Source: a virus
Taxonomy: Duplodnaviria > Caudoviricetes
IMG/VR virus record: IMGVR_UViG_3300011008_000028
DNA length: 64,000 nt
Strand: one strand, 5' to 3'
Shown here: positions 38,047 through 48,198 of the stretch, in pieces
How the letters are laid out: every line of letters starts with the position of its first letter
How positions within the stretch are numbered: the stretch's first letter is position 1
The notes under the pieces: model-generated
Database searches by the model: none
What the model saw: the letters and a program-made list of their open reading frames with translations, nothing else
What the model was told of the DNA's origin: nothing
Translations under genes and position numbers: made by a program

Positions 38047-39900
38047 TTAGTTGCTGCTCAGCGTTATGTTCACGCTCGCCAGGCTGCGAGCTACTATAAA
38101 AAGCAACGTAGCCACGTTGTCTATAGTGATATCAGTCTTCGATTTGCAAACAGGACATACCACGTTCGGAATCGAGTATTCAAGAGTATACGGTTCCCTG
38201 GAAAGTCTTGAGATTTCCATGAGCACATGATAGTCTACTTCATTGAGACTATCAATAACCTTGGTGATGTTGTTGATGCCCGTGATACGCTTCCAGCCGT
38301 CTCCAGATGGGATTAAGAATGCTTTGATTGTAGGAAGCATCATTACAGAGTAGGACTTCGAAAGAATCTCCGGATCTTCTGTATCTTCAAGCTCCTTAAT
38401 CTTTCCATATATAGAATTAAGGAATTCGTACGCCGATGCATGACCGTAGATTACCTTGTAGCCGGCATTGGGCAGATCTACATAGTTGGAGTTTGACACA
38501 GGCGATGTTGCATACAGGTCCATGATCTTATCCTTCGTATTGGCTGTAGCAACTTCCTTAATCTCATCTAATGTAGATTGAGCAATGCTTTCAACTCTTA
38601 ACATTTCCGCAGGTCTGTATATATGCTCATACGAATGTTTACACTGCTTGCACTTGATGGTCACAAGTTCTGTACCCATCGTTGTTGCACAGAGAATCTT
38701 CCAGAGAATGAACTCAAGATCCATGAAAGATGTCTTTCTGAGGAAGTCTTCGAACTTCGATACGGAATGGATCTCGCTGCTCTTAACCTCAGGAGGGATG
38801 GTCGAAAGCATATTTGTCTTAACCATCTTCTTGGACGTGGGATCCTTATACATCTTATACTCTTCCCAAGGACCAATGCTCTGATTCTTTATATGATTGA
38901 ACGCAATGGACCACTTCTTACGTTCACCGTCATATGTATTCATCTCGACAGCCGTTGATAGATCGATGATCTCAGCATATGTAAGGCCGGTGAAGGTCGC
39001 CCGATAATGTGATGCAGGCAATGCTGCAGATACTTCATTCACCGTACGTTCATACGAGGACAGAATCGAATCGATTGCATCATCCTCAACATCTTCAATG
39101 TTACCTAACTGAAGATCCTCGGATTCAACGATCTTCAATTCGATCGTTCTGGAACGTCTGATCTTTTCCGATTCTTCTTCTGTCCATGCGATCTGATCAG
39201 CATCTATCTTGTTGATGATCACCTGAACGATGTCTTTGGACCTCATCTCTTCATCCGTAAGAGGAACGTCATGCCTATACTCTTCAGGCGTTTCAACAGT
39301 TGGAGCATCTGCATCAGCTTCAACCACAGGTGCTATGTAATCATCTGTGCGGGCATATATCAGATACGGATATTCTGTTTCAACAAGATTCAGAAGTTCA
39401 TCAAGTGTCGCTTGAGAACGCTGGTAATCTGAATCTTCTGCAGCGATATGGAATTTGGTCTGAAGATCTCCAGGTGGGATCTGCAGGTACTTGATATGGT
39501 GTCTCGCCTTCGCCTCTTCAATATTGCGAAGTTGTCTCTGCAGATCCGCAATCTTCGTATTGCCGTCTTTCATATTCGCTTCGTCTGCACCATTAATCGG
39601 AGCTCCTCTGGACTCAACGATTTCGCCTTTATCATAGACAACACCCAATGTCTGCTGCTCAGGGAGTCCTTCCATAAGTTCAGGGTTAGGGGTCCATGCT
39701 TTGGCTTTCTTTGCTTTGATTGTGGATTCAGCGGGGCTGGTGTACTCCAGTTTTTCAATACCATCTGAGGGTTCAGATGGTGTATCTTCTTCGACTGTGT
39801 TCGATCCATAGAATTTGCTCGTATCGAATGCATCTTCGAGATCCTGAGGCTCATCTATTTCATCGAGAACACTAAAAGGTTTATTTGCCATTACGTGCAA
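38047..39900 (-). CDS. probable baseplate hub / tail assembly protein (T4 gp26-like C-terminus)
   Basis: SFMDLEFILW, CKQC and CPVC pairs, ending ..TLLF; acidic N-terminus. Confidence 0.55.
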   Translation of the reverse strand: MHVMANKPFSVLDEIDEPQDLEDAFDTSKFYGSNTVEEDTPSEPSDGIEKLEYTSPAESTIKAKKAKAWTPNPELMEGLPEQQTLGVVYDKGEIVESRGAPINGADEANMKDGNTKIADLQRQLRNIEEAKARHHIKYLQIPPGDLQTKFHIAAEDSDYQRSQATLDELLNLVETEYPYLIYARTDDYIAPVVEADADAPTVETPEEYRHDVPLTDEEMRSKDIVQVIINKIDADQIAWTEEESEKIRRSRTIELKIVESEDLQLGNIEDVEDDAIDSILSSYERTVNEVSAALPASHYRATFTGLTYAEIIDLSTAVEMNTYDGERKKWSIAFNHIKNQSIGPWEEYKMYKDPTSKKMVKTNMLSTIPPEVKSSEIHSVSKFEDFLRKTSFMDLEFILWKILCATTMGTELVTIKCKQCKHSYEHIYRPAEMLRVESIAQSTLDEIKEVATANTKDKIMDLYATSPVSNSNYVDLPNAGYKVIYGHASAYEFLNSIYGKIKELEDTEDPEILSKSYSVMMLPTIKAFLIPSGDGWKRITGINNITKVIDSLNEVDYHVLMEISRLSREPYTLEYSIPNVVCPVCKSKTDITIDNVATLLFIVARSLASVNITLSSN

Positions 39901-39950
39901 TCCTCCTTGCTTATTATATTATACTTTCGGGTTTAAACGGGCCGGATATT

Positions 39951-41228
39951 TTAATTGTAGTAATTGATCATCAGTATGATGTAGTTATAAATTGCTCTGG
40001 TGTAATTGATAATGGTAGCTTCTCTATCATACATACTTCTGATATTGATGATATCATTCATCCAATACTGGAGAATGGATTTAATTTCACTTAGGAAAGG
40101 ATCTTTTGAAGTTCCTATTGAGCGATATATAGATAGGCCAAAGTTCAGGAACTCGGATGATCCGACTGTAGATGTTGTGGGGTTCTTGTCAAAATAAGCC
40201 ATAATGACATTCTCGATCAGCTTGTTCAGACGATTGTTTTTGCTGGAATTGATCTGAGCAATGAAGCCCGAAAGATTACCGACATCTACTTGGGATGCTT
40301 TGGCCGAGTATTTGACCATAGAAGAATTGATCTCACCTGCAGCGAATTTAGATACAGTCTTCTCGATTATCTGTGCCGAGATGGTTGTATGTCCATCTTG
40401 ATCAGCTAAAGATCCATCATCAAACTGTGTAGGGTCATTATGTTGAGTATGAGATCCCTGATCATTTCGATAGTATGCATGTGCAATTTTTCTGAACTTG
40501 GCATTGATATTATTTCTAATACGTCGGATCAGATCAAGGTATGTGTTGTCGGCACCGATCTTGAGAGCATCAGCATAGAATTCAACAGCAATGGTTGCAT
40601 CATACTTGATGAGCTCAAGTATGTTCTTGCACTGTTTGATTTTGAACTTCGTCCCTAGATGTTCTATGGTGTAATTCATTACCTCTTCCTTGACGCCTGT
40701 CTTCCAGTACTCACGGTAGATGATTGGGTAATCACATAATCCCAGGATGTACTCACAGCATTCTATCAGATCCGTGTAATCTTTCATATATGCCTCAGTA
40801 AGAATTGCAACTATAAGAATCTTATGGGGAGCATGTTTTACCCATCCGGTGAAGCTCTTGCTGATCTTTCCGAAATATGTTTCATTGATCATATTCAGAT
40901 ATAGATCAATTATCTGCTCACCGGTAATATTGAACATCTCGTAGAAGAAGGTTGTTTCCTTGGCGGAGAATGTCACCATATATACCGGGCCGGATGTGGA
41001 CAATTTGTCCGCATTCTCATCCATGAATTTTCCCGTAAATTCTATAATAGCATCTCGGTTTTTCTGTGTCGCAATTACAGGAGCAACAATCTTCTCCTGA
41101 AGATTGGTTTTGAAGTAATAGCCGTCTTTATGGACTCCGGGCTTTTCCGATTCATCGAAACAGTCAAGATCATCTTCAATGAATTCAGCATCTTCATACT
41201 CACGTAAAAATATTTCATATGGTCTCAT
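39951..41228 (-). CDS. hypothetical protein
   Basis: 425 aa, AAGGAG RBS. Confidence 0.75.
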   Translation of the reverse strand: MRPYEIFLREYEDAEFIEDDLDCFDESEKPGVHKDGYYFKTNLQEKIVAPVIATQKNRDAIIEFTGKFMDENADKLSTSGPVYMVTFSAKETTFFYEMFNITGEQIIDLYLNMINETYFGKISKSFTGWVKHAPHKILIVAILTEAYMKDYTDLIECCEYILGLCDYPIIYREYWKTGVKEEVMNYTIEHLGTKFKIKQCKNILELIKYDATIAVEFYADALKIGADNTYLDLIRRIRNNINAKFRKIAHAYYRNDQGSHTQHNDPTQFDDGSLADQDGHTTISAQIIEKTVSKFAAGEINSSMVKYSAKASQVDVGNLSGFIAQINSSKNNRLNKLIENVIMAYFDKNPTTSTVGSSEFLNFGLSIYRSIGTSKDPFLSEIKSILQYWMNDIINIRSMYDREATIINYTRAIYNYIILMINYYN

Positions 41229-41314
41229 GATTAACCACTCCTTTATTGAATCAATTATATATTTGAAGATTATATATTATTATTCTAGAATATACACTAT
41301 CGGAGGTACATACC

Positions 41315-43885
41315 GTGAAAGTTATATATTTAAAATTGGTAAATGTTGCAGGGCTAAACGTGGGGACAGGCAAAGATACAATCGAAATCGATTTCACCAA
41401 ATCTCACAATCGAATCATTGCCATTCGTGCCAGGAATGCCCATGGCAAAACAACGTTACTATCATCTATCACACCATTTGCATATGTTACGTCATTGGAT
41501 GATAGATCATCCATTTCATATATTATGAAAGGCAAAGATGGGTATAAAGAAATCCATTACCAAGATGGGAAGGATATCTATATCATCAAACACTACTTCA
41601 AACATTCAAAGGATACTCACACCGTCAAATCATATTTCATGAAGAATGGGGAAGAGCTGAATGAAAACGGGAATGTTACATCCTTCAATTCCTGTGTGGA
41701 GATGTATCTTGGACTGACTCAGGAAATGATGAGACTAATCCGAATCGGTACCAATGTAAATTCCTTCATCACTCTTACTCCTGCTCGACGTAAGGAATAC
41801 ATCGGAAAGCTCATCGAGGAGATTGATACATATCTATCAATTTATAGGAAGATAAATGATGATATCCGAGTTGTCAAGACAATGCTTCAGGCTAATAACA
41901 CGAATCTGTATAATTGCCATATCACAGATCCTGTCATGGAACAAGAGCGATTGACAAAATTGGAAAAAGATATCAAACGATACGAGAAGGAACGTGATGA
42001 TATTATTGCCAAAGTTGCCAAGTTAAATGCTCTGACAAAAGGAAATGATATTACAGAACTCCGACAGAGATTACATGAGGCAGAAGCTGCCCTGAAGGAA
42101 TTCGATAAACTTTCAGATGCAATAAAAGAAGAATCATTACAGGATACTACAGTGGAGCAGTTAATCAAAGAACGAATGAGATTGGATCAAAAGAAGATAG
42201 ATACCAAGTCCAATATCAATTCGAATAAGATAATGATCGATAATCTCTTACAGCAGATAGAGCGTCTTGAGATGACTATCAAACGGGTTACGTCCGACAC
42301 AGACATTCAATCGATCATGTCTGCTATTGCTGATATTCGAGAGAAGATATCTATGATTCCTTCTGAGGTTAAGGACTTCACCCCACTTGGCTCCCTTTCG
42401 GCTGAAGTATACAATGTCCTGTTGAAATTAGATTCGTTCAATCAAACATCTCAAATGATATACACTCTTGGGAACAAACCAGTTGCAGTGTATATCAAGC
42501 TCCGCCGAGAAGGAATCAGTGTAGACAGATGGTTACGAGAACAATCAAAGCGTGCATTAAGTAGGATAAATGACATTGAACTGAAGGCATTGTTTGACAA
42601 GGTATTCCAGGGTGATGGAGTAATAATGCCTAACTGTGATACAGAGTACAAGGACTGCCCGTTCTTCCGTTTCTCAGATACCCTTTTCGAGATAAAAAAT
42701 AAATTTGAGGATGAAACATATTCAGATGAAGATCTAAATGCAATTCAGATCATCTCAAATAATATTGATAACATCCTGAATGAAATTGATAGGTTGATGG
42801 TCGTGAAATTTCCTGAGTCTATCAAGGATACTCTGAGGGAAAGTATCATTCTGGATAGAATGGAGCACCATGTTCCTTTCTTCAATCTGAATGATCTTCA
42901 GACATACATAAGCATCCTCAAGGAATATGAGGTACTGTGTCAGTACAAGTACTCGTTATCGGAATATGAAAATCAGTTGAAGATGTATCAGAAAGCCGGC
43001 GTCGATTCCCATATTGAAGAGATCAAGCATCTGAAGGAATCGATTGCCAGATATAAGGCACAGATGGAAGAACTCGGCAAGCAGGTATTCATCATTGATA
43101 CAGAACTTCAACAAGTTGATTCTAAAATTGCTCTGATTACCAAGTATCAAGAATCGATGAAGCACAGGGCAATATATGAGCAAACGAAGAATTCGACATC
43201 GGCGTTGTTAATCCCTCTGGAATCCGCGGAACATGAACGAATCGAATTGAAGTTCAAACAGGAGCAATTCGAGAATCTGATTCAATCTTCTCGGAATGAA
43301 CACAGATCCTTGGAAATCAAATTGTCCACATACAATCGATTGATCCAAGAATCGAAGAAGCTCAGTCTCAAAAATCTAGAGTTGAGTGCAATACTCGATG
43401 CCGTATCTACTAAGAAGGGTATTCCAGTATACTATATGAAACATTACCTGGCTAAAATACAGAAGCTAAGTAATGATCTCCTTGATATCATATATGGGGA
43501 TGAGTTCAAGCTTGCGGCATTCAATGTAACACCGGAGACATTCGAGGTTCCGTACATCAAGAACGGAAAGAAGATTGAGGATATCAAATATGCATCACAG
43601 TCTGAAATTGCTCTGGCAACAATGGCCTTGTCATTTGCTCTGGCAAACTCTGCTACGGACAAGTATAACATTCTGCTTCTTGATGAAATAGACGGTGGGC
43701 TGGATGAAGTGAATCGTTCTGCATTCTTGGATATGTTACGGATGCAAATGGAAACGCTTGATGCTCAGCAGGTATTCATCATCTCTCAGAATCTAGGATC
43801 CATGGCGAACATTCCAATGGACTGCATCGATCTGTCCGATGTGGGTACAAAATCACCTCTGCAGAATATCATCTACGAAGTATGA
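41315..43885 (+). CDS. sbcC: SbcC/Rad50-like SMC ATPase
   Basis: Walker A ARNAHGKTT, long coiled coil with central CDTEYKDCPF hook, signature ASQSE, Walker B LLLDEIDGGLD. Confidence 0.88.
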   Translation: MKVIYLKLVNVAGLNVGTGKDTIEIDFTKSHNRIIAIRARNAHGKTTLLSSITPFAYVTSLDDRSSISYIMKGKDGYKEIHYQDGKDIYIIKHYFKHSKDTHTVKSYFMKNGEELNENGNVTSFNSCVEMYLGLTQEMMRLIRIGTNVNSFITLTPARRKEYIGKLIEEIDTYLSIYRKINDDIRVVKTMLQANNTNLYNCHITDPVMEQERLTKLEKDIKRYEKERDDIIAKVAKLNALTKGNDITELRQRLHEAEAALKEFDKLSDAIKEESLQDTTVEQLIKERMRLDQKKIDTKSNINSNKIMIDNLLQQIERLEMTIKRVTSDTDIQSIMSAIADIREKISMIPSEVKDFTPLGSLSAEVYNVLLKLDSFNQTSQMIYTLGNKPVAVYIKLRREGISVDRWLREQSKRALSRINDIELKALFDKVFQGDGVIMPNCDTEYKDCPFFRFSDTLFEIKNKFEDETYSDEDLNAIQIISNNIDNILNEIDRLMVVKFPESIKDTLRESIILDRMEHHVPFFNLNDLQTYISILKEYEVLCQYKYSLSEYENQLKMYQKAGVDSHIEEIKHLKESIARYKAQMEELGKQVFIIDTELQQVDSKIALITKYQESMKHRAIYEQTKNSTSALLIPLESAEHERIELKFKQEQFENLIQSSRNEHRSLEIKLSTYNRLIQESKKLSLKNLELSAILDAVSTKKGIPVYYMKHYLAKIQKLSNDLLDIIYGDEFKLAAFNVTPETFEVPYIKNGKKIEDIKYASQSEIALATMALSFALANSATDKYNILLLDEIDGGLDEVNRSAFLDMLRMQMETLDAQQVFIISQNLGSMANIPMDCIDLSDVGTKSPLQNIIYEV

Positions 43886-43886
43886 C

Positions 43887-43923
43887 CAAAAGAAAAGCTC
43901 CCAAACCGGGAGCTTTTCTTTTG
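43887..43923. terminator. bidirectional intrinsic terminator
   Basis: CAAAAGAAAAGCTCCC-aaacc-GGGAGCTTTTCTTTTG between convergent genes. Confidence 0.8.
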
Positions 43924-43965
43924 TATTGATTATAAGTATAATTTGGTGTAATCCGGGATCAATCA

Positions 43966-44460
43966 TTACTTCAGTTTCATATAGAGATCTTCGAAATTCC
44001 CAGCGTGGAAAACTGAATTATGCTGAGAAATCGTGCATTGTAAGTCGACGATGTAGACAGGCTGGTTTGATCTATACATAACGTTTGGGCTTTTCAGTCT
44101 GCCCATGGCTGGGAGATTGATATGTACCGTTTCTCCCTCTTTAAAGTCTTTGATGAACGACTCAGGGAGAAACATTTTGTTACCATCGATCATCGGAACT
44201 TTGATATCCAGATCAATCTTGGAGAAGGATGTCAATGTCGTCCATCCGCTTCTGTTAATTCGAGGACATTCGGATAGGCCGATATGGAAGAATCGTTCGT
44301 CATCAATGTCAACATCCAGACCATTAACAGAGATAAAGTCTTCGATTACAGTTCTTTCAGGCTCAAGAAGATCCATTGAATTTGCCGGACCAAGGTTGTA
44401 CAGGTATAGCTTACACTTTATAGGGAATACCAACATCTCTTCAGGTTTCATTCTAATCAC
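43966..44460 (-). CDS. hypothetical protein (FLPE..FKEG family)
   Basis: MFLPESFIKDFKEGETVHINLP. Confidence 0.65.
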   Translation of the reverse strand: MIRMKPEEMLVFPIKCKLYLYNLGPANSMDLLEPERTVIEDFISVNGLDVDIDDERFFHIGLSECPRINRSGWTTLTSFSKIDLDIKVPMIDGNKMFLPESFIKDFKEGETVHINLPAMGRLKSPNVMYRSNQPVYIVDLQCTISQHNSVFHAGNFEDLYMKLK

Positions 44461-45047
44461 CCCTCTCCTATAACTTCTTCTATCGGTTCTACGGAAGTTA
44501 CTATTGAGTATGCCTGCTCAAACGAAAACATCTCATCAGTCGTAGAAAGCTGATATGCTGTGCAGTGGAGATGAAGTACGCACGGGTAATCAACGAATCT
44601 CCCGTTTCTGATCTTGGTTCTTACCATACCGGCAACAGCAAGATCGAACTCCGCCGTTTCCTTGATATCCTTCAGAAGTACAGCCGGGATCCAGTCCATA
44701 AATGTATAGAAAGTCCGAACGACGTGATTGCCATCTTCTGTAGCGATATCAATAACAACATCTTCCTGAGTGAGATCGCCCAACATCCTGCTAGACTTAA
44801 AGAACTTGACATGGATAAGCTGTCCCTGATCCTGATAATCAAGACCATTCAAATTCCACACCGCCTTGTTCTGCTCTGTTAACATACAGAGCTCCATATC
44901 ATTGAACTCATCCTCATGGTAGCATGAAGCCGTCATATCAACGTTTCTGGAGATCTGAGAGCAGGAGTACTGTTGATCGGCTATCGATATTTCGCAGTCA
45001 AAGTATATATCGGAAATTCTTCCATTTTTACTTAATTTAATTTTCAT
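44457..45047 (-). CDS. hypothetical protein (distant member of the same family)
   Basis: WIPAVLLKDIKET; AGGAGG RBS. Confidence 0.65.
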   Translation of the reverse strand: MKIKLSKNGRISDIYFDCEISIADQQYSCSQISRNVDMTASCYHEDEFNDMELCMLTEQNKAVWNLNGLDYQDQGQLIHVKFFKSSRMLGDLTQEDVVIDIATEDGNHVVRTFYTFMDWIPAVLLKDIKETAEFDLAVAGMVRTKIRNGRFVDYPCVLHLHCTAYQLSTTDEMFSFEQAYSIVTSVEPIEEVIGEG

Positions 45048-45074
45048 GATAAATTCCTCCTAGATAGAATTATT

Positions 45075-45101
45075 TGAGACCCGGGATTATCCCGGGTCTC
45101 A
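45075..45101. terminator. palindromic hairpin
   Basis: TGAGACCCGGGAT-t-ATCCCGGGTCTCA. Confidence 0.65.
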
Positions 45102-45117
45102 TTTTGGTTTAGAATAT

Positions 45118-46035
45118 TTACTGAAGTTTCTTGAGAGTTTCTTCAATAGTGCCGAAACTGCGATAGCGAGTTATTGTCTGAGCAGGAACGAAAGTGAAGT
45201 CGATGATCGTACTCAGTTTGGCAGCGTTATAAGTATCGTCATAGTCGTCACCCTGTGTCGCCTTTCTTACTCTGGACGGGAACTGGATCGAAGTAAGTCT
45301 TCCTTCCTTGAACTCCTCCATTACTGTCTCCGGCAGGAACCTTGGGAAATCGATGAAGTAATGGTTTCCGTCTTTATCTTTCACATACGGACCGTGATCT
45401 TCAAGATTATCATAATACCAACTAGCCCGCGGAGATGACATCCATACTTCAACCAATCTGGTCGTTTCGCGATCATACTTGCAGCCGTTAAGTCGAGCAA
45501 TCTCCGCTGCTTCTGCAGCATGTTCTTCCTTCCGGATAAGAAAGCGGTCCGCGGTACCGATAGGATTCGGGATGATAAACATGACACCGCCGTTTACATT
45601 AACGCTCTTGACGACATCGATGACCCGTTCATCCCAGCTTACATCAACAGCATTACCGAGATACTTTTCGACCCATGCAGATATCAGATCTTGATACTTA
45701 TTCTCGAAGATGTTCTCCTCGAAGAAACTACCGAGCGTGATAGGATGAATTGCTTCTGTTTTTGCATCATCATCGACTTTGGTACAGCCGGCCCATCTAC
45801 CGATGTAGTTATCCTGATCATCAACATCATAGCTGATTGATATCTTATAGACAGCCTTACCTCTGAGACGGATTTCCATTCCGATTATACGGCAGCCAGA
45901 AGTGTTATCAGTTCTTTCATCTGTACAGTAGATCTCGCTGGGTTCGCCGTCAATATTCCCGCCAAGAAATACATGATCATGGACCTTCGCCATTGCCTTT
46001 GCAGCAAAGATGATTTCAATGTTTAATGTTTTCAT
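45118..46035 (-). CDS. hypothetical protein (FLPE..FKEG family)
   Basis: FPRFLPETVMEEFKEGRLTSIQFP; AAGGAGG RBS; TATATTAT at 46099-46106. Confidence 0.7.
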   Translation of the reverse strand: MKTLNIEIIFAAKAMAKVHDHVFLGGNIDGEPSEIYCTDERTDNTSGCRIIGMEIRLRGKAVYKISISYDVDDQDNYIGRWAGCTKVDDDAKTEAIHPITLGSFFEENIFENKYQDLISAWVEKYLGNAVDVSWDERVIDVVKSVNVNGGVMFIIPNPIGTADRFLIRKEEHAAEAAEIARLNGCKYDRETTRLVEVWMSSPRASWYYDNLEDHGPYVKDKDGNHYFIDFPRFLPETVMEEFKEGRLTSIQFPSRVRKATQGDDYDDTYNAAKLSTIIDFTFVPAQTITRYRSFGTIEETLKKLQ

Positions 46036-46130
46036 AATAGTCCTCCTTCATAGAACCATACATAATTTCGATATAGCCCATCACTATATCTTGAATTAAT
46101 AATATATGATTAATGAAGGAGAAAATACGG

Positions 46131-47930
46131 TCATGATAGTGTGATCGTGTTATTGCCTGGAGTCAATACAGTATGTACTGAGTCTTCCTGTATGATTGTA
46201 TTGCTGCTCACATCCGCAATCTTATTCTTCATAAACAGATCTCCTGAATCATCAACATTCAGTGTGTATGAATTGGACTGAGGAGTGTTACCGATAGAAT
46301 TCATTGTCACAGATTTCAATGGCATTAATATTTCTTTATAAATACTATTGGACATTACGAATCTAAATAGGATATCCCCTGCTCCTGCATACTTGAGATT
46401 GTTCACAACCTCTTGTAACATTGCCTTCGGATCACTGTTGAAATGTTTGAAATACTTAGCAGCATCATAAAGAGTATTGTCTGTTGATACAGAGTTGTCC
46501 ACGGCATTATACAGCTCAATGAATGCTCCATCATGCCACACAATCCATCCTTGCTGGATCGCATACTCAATCCTGGAGCCGTTATACCAGTCCTTCATGT
46601 ATACGGAATAGTTTTCGAAGTACTCGTCTATCCCAATACCATTATTCTTACTGATATGATATTCAACATGATCCAGACGATCTCCAAAGAGTCTGTACAA
46701 TTCGGAATGCTTGATTCCATTTGGGGTTGTCCACAACACCTTCGGAATGCCTGTATCTGGGTTCAGAATAACTAGTTTTCCATTCCCGGAAAATACAATG
46801 TTTTCCGGTTTGAATCCTTTGAGCTGGTCAATTGTATCAACTGTAAGTGTTCCAGCAATTGACAGAACAACTGTGGTTTCATTATATGCTGATATCATTG
46901 ATGCCCCATTCTGCAACGTTACAGATCCGAATTCTCCTATATACAGAACGCCTTTTCTATCGATAGTAATTTTACTATTCTTTCCATCGACAATGATCGA
47001 TCCATTACATATACATGAGCCACATTCGTTTGTATTGCCTATGACGATTCCGATATACAATTCCGGATCAATGTATGTATCCCCATTAAAGGATTCGACA
47101 ATGTTCAACACAGTGTTCCTGGATACTGTTAGAGAGCGGATGATTTGTCGGTTGGATATCTCTGTATTCTGAGTACCTAACACTGATAACTTGTAATCAC
47201 CCAATACCGACTCTCCCCATAACACTTCCATATCAATTACATGGGATTTGTTTAGTACATCACCCGATACCCATTCATATCCAATATTGGATAGATCTGA
47301 AGTATGTTCTCCCTGAGTGTATGGGCCAATATCTTTATCACGAAGATCAGCGGCGTAATCCGTTAATGAATATTCTCTAGCCGTATACGGTATATCTGTA
47401 ACATTGATAACTGCAGCAGTATCAACAAATATCCGATCATTTGATGTGATTGAATTCATATTTGCAATTGAAATATCAATCATTCCATATATCTTAATCT
47501 GACTACCTGATTCGATAACAATCTGAACATTATCTGGAATAATCAGAGTTGAGTCTGAGTAAAGTATTAATGTAGCATTTCTGTTTAGGATAAGTTTCGA
47601 TCCTGATATTAGCTCGAGAGATCCGTGAACTGCAAACTCGGTGTTAGATACCGTCAAAGACGTATCAACAATACATGATGTATTTTCGATTATTGTCATT
47701 GACTTATAATTGACGCCGGATACATCCCCGACTGTAAATGATCCCGTCTTCATATTTCCGTAATGGGTAAATAATGTATAATTATTCACATCCTCACAGT
47801 ATAAGTTGATGACACCATCGGTAGTATCGTCTTTAATATCATGAAATGAGTTTGATTTTAACGGTGGCTGCCAGCTACTTGCAGAAAGTTGCGATGCAAA
47901 CTCTGCTAAAGATGTAGAAGTAAATCTCAT
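46131..47930 (-). CDS. probable virion protein with beta-helix-like repeats
   Basis: 599 aa rich in I/N/S/G/T with GxLxI-type strand repeats; GGAGG RBS. Confidence 0.55.
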   Translation of the reverse strand: MRFTSTSLAEFASQLSASSWQPPLKSNSFHDIKDDTTDGVINLYCEDVNNYTLFTHYGNMKTGSFTVGDVSGVNYKSMTIIENTSCIVDTSLTVSNTEFAVHGSLELISGSKLILNRNATLILYSDSTLIIPDNVQIVIESGSQIKIYGMIDISIANMNSITSNDRIFVDTAAVINVTDIPYTAREYSLTDYAADLRDKDIGPYTQGEHTSDLSNIGYEWVSGDVLNKSHVIDMEVLWGESVLGDYKLSVLGTQNTEISNRQIIRSLTVSRNTVLNIVESFNGDTYIDPELYIGIVIGNTNECGSCICNGSIIVDGKNSKITIDRKGVLYIGEFGSVTLQNGASMISAYNETTVVLSIAGTLTVDTIDQLKGFKPENIVFSGNGKLVILNPDTGIPKVLWTTPNGIKHSELYRLFGDRLDHVEYHISKNNGIGIDEYFENYSVYMKDWYNGSRIEYAIQQGWIVWHDGAFIELYNAVDNSVSTDNTLYDAAKYFKHFNSDPKAMLQEVVNNLKYAGAGDILFRFVMSNSIYKEILMPLKSVTMNSIGNTPQSNSYTLNVDDSGDLFMKNKIADVSSNTIIQEDSVHTVLTPGNNTITLS

Positions 47931-47983
47931 ATCAATAACCTCCAGTATACGAAGAATTATAGTCGAGTTGACAAAAAAAGAAA

Positions 47984-48014
47984 ATATCCACAGGGCACTA
48001 TGCCCTGTGGATAT
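47984..48014 (-). terminator. intrinsic terminator after beta'-N exon 6
   Basis: ATATCCACAGGGCA-cta-TGCCCTGTGGATAT followed by a long U tract on the minus strand. Confidence 0.8.
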
Positions 48015-48021
48015 GATCTCT

Positions 48022-48198
48022 TTAATAGTCGGAGAAGATCGCCAGGGATATTCCCTCGAGTGCAGAAATGTTGTAACGAATCTTTCCGCTGCTTCTGTTT
48101 ATGATCATATTCAGCGGTGAGAATCCACGGAACATTTCCCACAGTTCTTCCATCTCCAAACCTAACGTGTTCAACACGTCCCCGTCGAAATCTGCATT
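48022..48198 (-). CDS. beta'-N exon 6 (catalytic NADFDGD)
   Basis: AAT GCA GAT TTC GAC GGG GAC directly after the intron terminal G at 48199; absent from the ORF track. Confidence 0.9.
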   Translation of the reverse strand, partial: NADFDGDVLNTLGLEMEELWEMFRGFSPLNMIINRSSGKIRYNISALEGISLAIFSDY

